In this document: positions 11,861 through 19,324 of the stretch, piece after piece
Position numbering within the stretch: the stretch's first letter is position 1
How the letters are laid out: every line of letters starts with the position of its first letter
Source: Clostridia bacterium
Lineage (GTDB): Bacteria; Bacillota; Clostridia; Oscillospirales; CAG-272
Assembly (NCBI GenBank): GCA_017398585.1
Contig: JAFQFS010000170.1
Location: 7,043 to 71,042, forward strand
Direction: 5' to 3'
DNA: 64,000 nucleotides
The notes under the pieces: generated by a model
The model's input: only the letters and a program-made list of their open reading frames with translations
The model's database searches: none
What the model was told of the DNA's origin: nothing
Translations under genes and position numbers: made by a program

Positions 11861-12196
11861 GCTGTTGTTCCAGCCCCAGTGGGAGACTTCTTCGTACTTG
11901 ACGTAGATGCGGTCGGCGGGGATACCGAGTTCGGATTCGAGAAGGGTACAGACGCCGTCGGTCATTTTGTCGAAGCCGGCGGTGTTTCCTTTACCGAAGA
12001 GGGCGATCTGTACCATTGCGCAGGGATCGTCCTTGCCGCCGAAGTACATGCGGCTGCTGTCGGTGAAGTCGAGCATGAGCCAGTTTTCGGTCTTCGACGG
12101 GAAAGCGGCGGTCAGAACGGCTGCGATTTTCGACTTAATGGAAACTTCGGTGTCCTTCGGAATGGAGGTGTTGGTCTTGATTTCAATGTACGGCAT
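11852..12196 (-). CDS. MIF / phenylpyruvate tautomerase family protein
   Basis: 114 aa from ATG at 12196 (AAGGAG RBS); begins MPYIEIKTN (Pro-1 after Met), contains GGKDDPCAMV and ends IPADRIYVKYEEVSHWGWNNSNF, closely paralleling macrophage migration inhibitory factor. Confidence 0.85.
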   Translation of the reverse strand: MPYIEIKTNTSIPKDTEVSIKSKIAAVLTAAFPSKTENWLMLDFTDSSRMYFGGKDDPCAMVQIALFGKGNTAGFDKMTDGVCTLLESELGIPADRIYVKYEEVSHWGWNNSNF

Positions 12197-12295
12197 GGAA
12201 ATGCTCCTTATATAATATGTAATTTTTGGATGTGTATGTATCATATCACAGAAACAAAAACCTGTCAAGGGGCGAGTCTTGTCGGAATTGTAACA

Positions 12296-12324
12296 TTGAC
12301 ACAGCGGGACTTTTGTGGTATAAT
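12296..12324 (+). promoter_or_regulatory. consensus sigma-70 promoter for the zur-znuABC operon
   Basis: TTGACA (12296-12301), 17-nt spacer, TATAAT (12319-12324). Confidence 0.65.
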
Positions 12325-12334
12325 TCAAATTTGA

Positions 12335-12349
12335 AATTGATTATCATTT
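12335..12349 (+). promoter_or_regulatory. Fur/Zur-type 7-1-7 operator candidate
   Basis: AATTGAT-T-ATCATTT (core TGATTATCA palindrome) 11 nt downstream of the -10 box; also the palindrome TCAAATTTGA at 12325-12334. Confidence 0.4.
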
Positions 12350-12402
12350 TTAAATTCAAAACCTTGAAAATTGCACAGACATAATTGATATTTTTTTGTT
12401 CT

Positions 12403-12474
12403 GAAGTTTTTTGAAAGGGGTCCGTGGAAAACTTTTTTTGAAAAAAGTTTTCCACGGAAAGAATATTTTTTATC
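12403..12474. repeat. NPR repeat, solo unit, in the zur 5' leader
   Basis: GAAGTTTTTTGAAAGGGG flank' + CCGTGGAAAACTTTTTTTGAAAAAAGTTTTCCACGG hairpin (GTGG/CCAC stem variant). Confidence 0.9.
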
Positions 12475-12487
12475 AGGTGAACCGTTC

Positions 12488-12916
12488 ATGGCAGAAAAAA
12501 CGACCTATCGTACCAGACAGCGCGACGAGATCCTGCGGTTTTTCGACGAACACCGCGACCGCTGCTTCTCCGCGCGTGACCTCGTCGGACAGGTGGACGC
12601 AGGGGAAGCTACCATTTTCCGTGCGCTCTCGACTCTCACAAACGAAGGAAAACTGAAAAAATTTACCGGAGGCAGCGGCGAAAGCGCGCATTATCAGTTC
12701 AATGCGTCCGAATGTGCTCTGCACATTCACCTCAAATGCCGCGGATGCGGGCAGCTGATCCACATGGACTGCGCGTTCATGAAGGAGATCCTCGCACATT
12801 TCAAAAACGAACACGCCTTCACGGTCGACTGCGGACAGACCGTCATCTACGGTCTCTGCGGAGAATGTACCGGTGAGAACATCCATTCCAGCGAAGAGGA
12901 ACATTATCATGATTAA
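12488..12916 (+). CDS. zur: Fur family transcriptional regulator, likely zinc uptake regulator
   Basis: 142 aa; N-terminal winged-helix region, two CxxC pairs (CRGCG, CGEC); heads a zinc ABC transporter operon. Confidence 0.85.
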   Translation: MAEKTTYRTRQRDEILRFFDEHRDRCFSARDLVGQVDAGEATIFRALSTLTNEGKLKKFTGGSGESAHYQFNASECALHIHLKCRGCGQLIHMDCAFMKEILAHFKNEHAFTVDCGQTVIYGLCGECTGENIHSSEEEHYHD

Positions 12917-13865
12917 ATTCAGACGTATTATCATCGGACTGCTTGCCGTTCTGCTCTGCGGAACGTTCATGTCCTGCGGCAGCAATTCCATTGCGAACGA
13001 CGGAAAGATCACCGTTGTCGCGACCAATTTTGCTCTGTACGACTTCGCACGTGCCGTCTGCGGCGATTCCTGCGATGTGCGGATGCTGCTGTCCCCCGGC
13101 TCGGAATCCCACGATTTCGAAGCTACCCTCGAGGATATCGCTCTTCTCGCCGAAACGGACGTCTTTGTGTACGTCGGCGGCGAAGGAGAGGAATGGGTAC
13201 CGGACGTTCTCGAAGCGGCGGGAGCATCGGACGTAGTGCAGGTGCGTGCGCTCGACCTTGTGGAAACGTACATCACCGCAGGCACGGAAAGCGGGCATGA
13301 ACACGAACATTCCGCGGACGACGGACATCATCACGAGACCGACGAACATGTCTGGACGAGCATCCCGAACGCGATTACGATCATGGATGGGATCCAGCAA
13401 GGAGTTCTGCGGGTCGCCGAAGGGTTTGAATTCGACTGGGACGCAAGAAACGCCTACATTGCCGAATTGCTCGACATCGACGCGGACATCCGCCGGACGG
13501 TTGAAGCGTCCGTGCAGGATACCGTCATTTTTGCCGACCGCTTCCCGTTCCGCTATTTCACCGAAGAATACGGACTGAACTACTGCGCGGCATTCGACGG
13601 CTGTTCCTCCGCAGTTGAACCGTCGCTTTCCGTCATCAATACCCTCATCGAACGGGTGGAAGAAACAGGCAGTACCGCCGTGTTCTCCATCGAATTTTCC
13701 GACCGGAAGACCGCCGAAGCCGTTGCACGGGAAACCGATGCGGACATCCTCGAATTCCACTCCGCACACAACGTCAGCAAAGCGGAGTTCGAATCCGGTA
13801 TTACCTATGCGGATATCATGCGGAAAAATGCGGAAAACCTGAAAATCGCTCTGAATGTAAATTAA
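12909..13865 (+). CDS. znuA: Zinc ABC transporter substrate-binding lipoprotein
   Basis: Start at 12909 gives lipoprotein signal MIKFRRIIIGLLAVLLCGTFMSCGS; His/Asp/Glu-rich loop TESGHEHEHSADDGHHHETDEH; ZnuA/AdcA-like fold. Confidence 0.9.
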   Translation: MIKFRRIIIGLLAVLLCGTFMSCGSNSIANDGKITVVATNFALYDFARAVCGDSCDVRMLLSPGSESHDFEATLEDIALLAETDVFVYVGGEGEEWVPDVLEAAGASDVVQVRALDLVETYITAGTESGHEHEHSADDGHHHETDEHVWTSIPNAITIMDGIQQGVLRVAEGFEFDWDARNAYIAELLDIDADIRRTVEASVQDTVIFADRFPFRYFTEEYGLNYCAAFDGCSSAVEPSLSVINTLIERVEETGSTAVFSIEFSDRKTAEAVARETDADILEFHSAHNVSKAEFESGITYADIMRKNAENLKIALNVN

Positions 13866-13878
13866 AAGGAACAGCCTT

Positions 13879-14628
13879 ATGACAGACAATCTTATTACCG
13901 CCGAACGTGTGACTCTTGCTTTTGACGGGCATACGGCGGCGGAAAACGTGAATTTCACCCTCGGACGCGGGGATTACCTCTGTGTCATCGGGGAAAACGG
14001 CTCCGGAAAAAGCACGCTCCTGCGCGCTGTCACCGGGGAAGTGAAGCCCGCCGGAGGAAAGCTGACGATTGCTCCCGAACTCCGGAAGCAGGGGATCGGC
14101 TATCTTCCCCAGCAGTCAAAAATCCAGCGCGACTTTCCCGCATCCGTGCGTGAAGTCGTCGTGTCCGGATGTGTCCGCCGGGACAGCTTCGGTCTGTTCT
14201 GGAAACGTGAGTCGAGGGAACGTGCCGAAGAATACATGAAGCTCCTGAAAGTGGACATGTTTGCGGACAAATCGTTCGGGGAACTCTCCGGCGGTCAGCG
14301 GCAGCGCGTTCTGCTCGCACGCGCGATGTGCGCGTCCGATACGCTCATTCTCCTCGACGAACCGGTCAACGGTCTCGATCCCGAGGCGGCGCACGAAATG
14401 TATCACGCTGTCCGGATGCTCAACGAGGAGCGCGGCTGCGCGGTCATGATGGTTTCGCACGACGTTTCGTGTGCCCTCCGGGAAGCGGATCACGTCCTCT
14501 CGATGTGCCGCGGACATTCGTTCTACGGTACGGTCGAACAGTACGCCGCCCACGAACGTTCCGACGAGGAGACCGACGAACGCCTGCATGAACATCACCA
14601 CCATCACGATCATACCCATAAGGAGTAA
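13879..14628 (+). CDS. znuC: Zinc ABC transporter ATP-binding protein
   Basis: Walker A GENGSGKST, signature LSGGQRQRV, Walker B LILLDEP; C-terminal His-rich tail HEHHHHHDHTHKE. Confidence 0.9.
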   Translation: MTDNLITAERVTLAFDGHTAAENVNFTLGRGDYLCVIGENGSGKSTLLRAVTGEVKPAGGKLTIAPELRKQGIGYLPQQSKIQRDFPASVREVVVSGCVRRDSFGLFWKRESRERAEEYMKLLKVDMFADKSFGELSGGQRQRVLLARAMCASDTLILLDEPVNGLDPEAAHEMYHAVRMLNEERGCAVMMVSHDVSCALREADHVLSMCRGHSFYGTVEQYAAHERSDEETDERLHEHHHHHDHTHKE

Positions 14629-14633
14629 AAACA

Positions 14634-15503
14634 ATGTCCATCGCTGAATTATTTGCATCCGAATTCCTTATGCGCGTGGTGATCCGCGCTCTTGTCGTCG
14701 GCGTGCTCGTGTCCCTGTGCTCGTCCATTCTCGGCGTGAGCCTTGTCCTCAAACGTTATTCCATGATCGGCGACGGTCTGTCCCATGTCGGATTTTTCGG
14801 TCTCGCGATTGCCGCCTGCGCGGGTGCCGCATCGACTTATTCCATGGAAATTTCCATCCCGATCGTTATTCTTGCCGCCGTGCTGATCCTCCGTCTGTCC
14901 AAAAACGAAGGCCGCATGAACGGTGACGCCGCCTGCGCGGTCGTTTCCACGGGAGCGGTTGCGGTCGGTACCCTGATGTACAACTTCACCGGCGGACGAA
15001 GCGGCGATATCTGCAACTCGCTCTTCGGTTCCGCGTCCGTCGTCACGATCTCGGATAAGGATATGGTGCTGTCCATCGTTCTGTCCGCCGTTGTCCTCGG
15101 CTGGTTCCTCGTTTGCCGCAAGACCATTTTCTCCGTCACATTCGACGAGACGTTCGCCGGTGCTGCCGGGGTCAACACAGACGTGTTCGGCATTGTACTC
15201 GCCGTTCTGACCGGCGTGACCATCGTCGTCGGCATGAAAATGATGGGTTCGATCATGATCTCCGCCCTCATCATTTTTCCGGCACTCACCGCCATGCGCC
15301 TGACGAAAAGTTTTGGTACCACGGTCGGTCTGTCCGCCGTGATCTCGGTCGTCTGCTTCCTCGCGGGCTTCTTCACGGCGTGTGTCTTCTCGCTTCAGAC
15401 CGGTGCCGCCGTCGTCACCGCCGAACTCCTCTGCTTTGCGGTCGTCTGCGCCGTCACGGAAATCGCGGCGAAGGTACGCATCCGACAGAGAGGAAAACAG
15501 TGA
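14634..15503 (+). CDS. znuB: Zinc ABC transporter permease (ABC-3 family)
   Basis: 289-aa polytopic membrane ORF following znuC. Confidence 0.9.
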   Translation: MSIAELFASEFLMRVVIRALVVGVLVSLCSSILGVSLVLKRYSMIGDGLSHVGFFGLAIAACAGAASTYSMEISIPIVILAAVLILRLSKNEGRMNGDAACAVVSTGAVAVGTLMYNFTGGRSGDICNSLFGSASVVTISDKDMVLSIVLSAVVLGWFLVCRKTIFSVTFDETFAGAAGVNTDVFGIVLAVLTGVTIVVGMKMMGSIMISALIIFPALTAMRLTKSFGTTVGLSAVISVVCFLAGFFTACVFSLQTGAAVVTAELLCFAVVCAVTEIAAKVRIRQRGKQ

Positions 15504-15514
15504 ATTTACCGGTC

Positions 15515-15562
15515 AAAAAATCCCTCTTCCCGGGTTTCGGGGAGAGGGATCGTTGTTTTTTT
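15515..15562. terminator. bidirectional rho-independent terminator between znuB and the GH3 gene
   Basis: A-tract, TCCCTCTTCCCG / CGGGGAGAGGGA stem (one mismatch), then a T-tract. Confidence 0.7.
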
Positions 15563-15566
15563 GGAG

Positions 15567-17747
15567 TTACAGAAGTTTTCCGTCACGGACTCTGACTTCA
15601 AACGTATGACGGATATCCGTGCAGGACGTGCCGACGGAAACGGTGTAATCACCGTCGTGCATGCCATAGACCATTCTGCGGTTGTAATAGCAGAACGCAT
15701 CCGCGGGAACCTCCACGGTGACGGTGACGGTTTCGCCGGTGCGGACAAAGGTACGCTTGTACGCCTTCAGTTCAATGCGTGGCATGACGACGTCGCAGTT
15801 TCTGCCGGAGAGGTAAATCTGAACGACTTCCGCGCCGTCCATATCGCCGGTGTTTTCCACTGTCAGCGAAACGGTCAGGTGATCGCCGCAGGTTTCGCAG
15901 GTGCAGTTGTCAAGCGCAAAGGTGGTGTAGCTCAGGCCGTAGCCGAAGGGATACAGCGGGGAACCGTCGTTTTCCACATAACCGTAACCGCGTCCGGACG
16001 GCTTCGCACAGTAGAACAGCGGAAGCTGACCGACGCTGCGCGGGAACGTGATGGGCAGTTTCGCGCTCGGGTTGACTTCGCCGAAGAGAATCTCACAGAT
16101 CGCCTGTGCGCCCTGTTCGCCCGGATACCATGCTTCCAGAATGGCCCCGCATCCGTCAATCCAGCCGCGCATATCAACCGGCGCACCGTTGAGAAGGATG
16201 ACCGCCGCGTTGGGGTTGACCGCCGTCATCCGGCGGATGCTTTCTTCCTGGTCGGTCTTGACTTCGATTTCGAATTTGCCGACGATGACCGCGCTGTCGT
16301 CCTTCTGTGCCTTGCGGATGTACGCGGGCAGACGGATATCGGACCGGTCCATGCCTTCGCCTTCCACGACGGTGGTCATGTAGATCGCCGCATCGCACTT
16401 CGCGGCAACTTCTTCAATCCGGTCGTCGTCCGCGAAAATGACTTCCGCATAGCCGTCCAGGTATTCACGGAGAACCTGCAGGGGCGTCTTGGCGTCTTCG
16501 GCGGTCCATTCTTTGCCGTACGGGCCGGAATAGTTCTTTCCGACCGGGAAGACGTTTGCGCCGGCACCGAAGACGGCGAGGGTCTTGATATCATTGCGGC
16601 GGAAGGGAAGAACGCCTTCGTTCTTCAGCAGAATCATGGATTCGCGTGCCGCTTCCAGCGCGACCTGCTTGTGTTCCGCACAGCGTACCAGCCGTCCGGC
16701 GGCTTCCGGATCCGCAAACGGACGGTCGAACAGTCCGACGGCGAACTTGGCGGTCAGAACGCGCAGAACGGCGCGGTCGATATCTTCTTCGGTGATCCAG
16801 CCTTCGTCGTAAGCGGTCTTCAGCTTTTCAAAGGAGCTCTGCGGCAGGTTGACATCCAGTCCCGCTTTCAGGCAGAGCGCCTGCGCCTTCCAGTCGGTGT
16901 CGACCAGCTTGTGCGCTCCGCAGACGCCTTCCACTCCGCCGTAGTCGGAGACAACGAATCCCTCAAATCCCCATTCGTCCCGGAGAATTTCGGTGAGAAG
17001 ACGTTCGTTTGCAGAGCAGGGAACGCCTTCCCAGCTGTTGTACGCCGCCATGACGGACATCGCGCCGCCGTCCTTGAAGCAGTGTTCAAACGGTTTCAGA
17101 TAGACTTCACGCATGGTGCGTTCGGAAGTGTCGGAGACATTGGAGTCGCGTCCGCCGTAGGAATAGTTGTCCGCGTAATGCTTCGGAGTGGCAATGACGC
17201 CGTTGTTCTGGAGACCGCGGCAGATGGCCGTTCCCATCCGGGAGCTGACCAGCACGTCTTCGCCGAACGTTTCGATGGTACGGCCCCAGCGGCAGTCGCG
17301 TGCAATGTTGACGACCGGGGTCAGCGCCTGATGAACGCCGACCGCTGCGCATTCCTTCCCGATAATGTCCGCAATTTTTGCTGCCATCTCGTCGTCAAAC
17401 ATGGACGCCATGCCGATCGGCTGCGGGAAGCAGGTTGCCATGCCCCACTGTGCGCCGTGAAGGGCTTCGCCGTGTTCGAGCGGCGGGATTGCGTGCGGCT
17501 GTGCATCCATGCTCAGCTGAACGTCGCGGTTGATCCGTTCGGTGACTTCTTCGGGCGTTGCTGGAACATCTTTTCCGGCGTGCATGAAATGTCCGGGATT
17601 GCGGAAATTTCCCTGAAGGTGATTCCGCTTCTGTTCGTAGTCTCCGCCGACGGAATACAGCATCTGACCGGAAAGCTGATACAGCTTTTCTTCCAGAGAC
17701 AGCTGCGCCAGAAGCTCTTCCGCGCGTTTTTTGGGGGTGTTGTTCAT
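15567..17747 (-). CDS. Glycoside hydrolase family 3 (beta-glucosidase-like)
   Basis: 726 aa from ATG at 17747 (GAGGAAA RBS); nucleophile region GFEGFVVSDYGG; GH3 N- and C-terminal domains plus Fn3-like tail. Confidence 0.9.
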   Translation of the reverse strand: MNNTPKKRAEELLAQLSLEEKLYQLSGQMLYSVGGDYEQKRNHLQGNFRNPGHFMHAGKDVPATPEEVTERINRDVQLSMDAQPHAIPPLEHGEALHGAQWGMATCFPQPIGMASMFDDEMAAKIADIIGKECAAVGVHQALTPVVNIARDCRWGRTIETFGEDVLVSSRMGTAICRGLQNNGVIATPKHYADNYSYGGRDSNVSDTSERTMREVYLKPFEHCFKDGGAMSVMAAYNSWEGVPCSANERLLTEILRDEWGFEGFVVSDYGGVEGVCGAHKLVDTDWKAQALCLKAGLDVNLPQSSFEKLKTAYDEGWITEEDIDRAVLRVLTAKFAVGLFDRPFADPEAAGRLVRCAEHKQVALEAARESMILLKNEGVLPFRRNDIKTLAVFGAGANVFPVGKNYSGPYGKEWTAEDAKTPLQVLREYLDGYAEVIFADDDRIEEVAAKCDAAIYMTTVVEGEGMDRSDIRLPAYIRKAQKDDSAVIVGKFEIEVKTDQEESIRRMTAVNPNAAVILLNGAPVDMRGWIDGCGAILEAWYPGEQGAQAICEILFGEVNPSAKLPITFPRSVGQLPLFYCAKPSGRGYGYVENDGSPLYPFGYGLSYTTFALDNCTCETCGDHLTVSLTVENTGDMDGAEVVQIYLSGRNCDVVMPRIELKAYKRTFVRTGETVTVTVEVPADAFCYYNRRMVYGMHDGDYTVSVGTSCTDIRHTFEVRVRDGKLL

Positions 17748-17786
17748 GGTAAATTTCCTCATAATGATGTCTGATGATTTTTCGTT

Positions 17787-17860
17787 CAAAAAGGTTTTGG
17801 AGAGGGGTTCGGGGAGAACCTTTTCCTCAAAAAGGTTCTCCCCGAGAAACTTTATTTATC
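17787..17860. repeat. NPR repeat, solo unit between the GH109-like and GH3 genes
   Basis: CAAAAAGGTTTTGGAGAGGGG flank' + CGGGGAGAACCTTTTCCTCAAAAAGGTTCTCCCCG hairpin + outer arm AGAAACTTTATTTATC overlapping the stop codon at 17852-17854. Confidence 0.9.
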
Positions 17861-19072
17861 CAAAGCGTAGAAGCCGTGGTTCTTGTCTCTTCTGTGCGTC
17901 CACATGCCGCGGGTGAAGTCCGGGATTTCAACGGGCTGACCGCCGTTCAGGATGGAGAGTTCGGACAGAGGAGTGATTGCTGCCCATGCCGCCGTGTCGA
18001 AGGTGTCGATCGGAGGAACGTCGCCGTTCGTGAGTGCTTCGAAGTAAGCGTCGAAGACAAGCCAGTCCATGCCGCCGTGACCGCCCTTTACGCCTTCCAC
18101 TTCGAACTTGTGCCATACCGGATGTTCATACTGAGCGCGGTATTCCTTAACGTTGTTGTAGAAGTCGTGACCCCATTCGCCGTGTACGCCTTCGAGGTAA
18201 ACGCCGTTGCAGTTTTCGCTGAAGTAGCCGTTGGTGCCGCGTACAGTGAAGTTTCTGGAATAGTTGCGCGGGAGGGTGGTATCAAGGGTGAGGGTGATGA
18301 GTTCGCCGTTCGCGCACTTGATGTTCGTCTTGACGATGTCGCCCTGTGCAAAACGGTAGGTCTTGAAGTCAGGGTTGACCTTTTCCTTCTTCTGTGCGTA
18401 GTCGTTCAGACCGAACGCACCGGAAGCCATCGAGGAGAGGGTGACCATACGGTTGCCGCGGTTGATGTCGAGGATCTTTGCGATCGGACCGAGTTCGTGG
18501 GTCGGGTAGTTTTCGCAGCAGCGGTTCTGGTAGTTGCGGAGTCTGTAGTGACGGTTTTCCGCACCCATCGAGATTTCTTCGCGCAGGTCGTGCTGGTAGC
18601 CGCCTTCGCAGTGTACGATTCTGCCGAAAATGCCTTCTCGTACCATGCGCATAACCATCATTTCGTTGCGGTCGTAGCAGCAGTTTTCGAGCATCATGCA
18701 GTGGATGCCGGTGCGTTCGTAAGTACGGACGAGTTCCCAGCAGTCGTCAAGGGCGTACGCGCCGCCGACTTCCATTGCCACCTGCTTGCCGCAGTTCATT
18801 GCGTAGATCGCAGCCGGGAAATGGTTTTCCCATGCGGAGAACACGAAAACAACGTCCACGTCATCGCGTTCGATCAGAGCACGGTAATCCGTCGTTCCGG
18901 CAACGTCCCAGTCCTTCTTTTCCTTGCAGAGCTTCTGTGCCTTTGCAATACGGTCTTCGTATACGTCGCATACTGCGGTGACGATTACGTCATCACGTTC
19001 GGTCATGATGCCGTGAACATGACCCATGCCGCGTCCGCCGAGACCGATTACGCCAACTCTGTACTTTTCCAT
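17852..19072 (-). CDS. Gfo/Idh/MocA family NAD-binding oxidoreductase (GH109-like)
   Basis: 406 aa; Rossmann motif VGVIGLGGRGMGHV; overall resemblance to NAD-dependent GH109-type enzymes. Confidence 0.75.
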   Translation of the reverse strand: MEKYRVGVIGLGGRGMGHVHGIMTERDDVIVTAVCDVYEDRIAKAQKLCKEKKDWDVAGTTDYRALIERDDVDVVFVFSAWENHFPAAIYAMNCGKQVAMEVGGAYALDDCWELVRTYERTGIHCMMLENCCYDRNEMMVMRMVREGIFGRIVHCEGGYQHDLREEISMGAENRHYRLRNYQNRCCENYPTHELGPIAKILDINRGNRMVTLSSMASGAFGLNDYAQKKEKVNPDFKTYRFAQGDIVKTNIKCANGELITLTLDTTLPRNYSRNFTVRGTNGYFSENCNGVYLEGVHGEWGHDFYNNVKEYRAQYEHPVWHKFEVEGVKGGHGGMDWLVFDAYFEALTNGDVPPIDTFDTAAWAAITPLSELSILNGGQPVEIPDFTRGMWTHRRDKNHGFYALDK

Positions 19073-19208
19073 AGTGTACCTCGCTGTTGTCTGTATTTGT
19101 CGAATTTCGGATCGTTTTCTGATCCGGCTACAAACTATTATATCATAGATTTACGCGATGTCAATAAAAAAAGAAGGAATTCAATTCCCGATTCTCCCTT
19201 TTTCACCT

Positions 19209-19236
19209 TGTATTTTTCTTTTGAACATGGTAAAAT
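19209..19236 (+). promoter_or_regulatory. candidate promoter for ftsK
   Basis: TTGTAT, 16-nt spacer, TGgTAAAAT (extended -10-like). Confidence 0.4.
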
Positions 19237-19324
19237 ATATAGTGGACTGATATCGGCATGAAGAAAAAGACCGGTGCCCGGGGCATTGGTCTGTGTAGTA
19301 TAAACTCTCCGGAAAGGAAACAAA

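Noticed and set aside
19120-19160. An AT-rich segment upstream of ftsK (CAAACTATTATATCATAGATTTAC) as a possible dif/Xer site.
   Set aside because: It matches only loosely to the Firmicute dif consensus as I remember it (…ATATATTATGTAAACT). The XerD-arm TATGTAAACT is not present.
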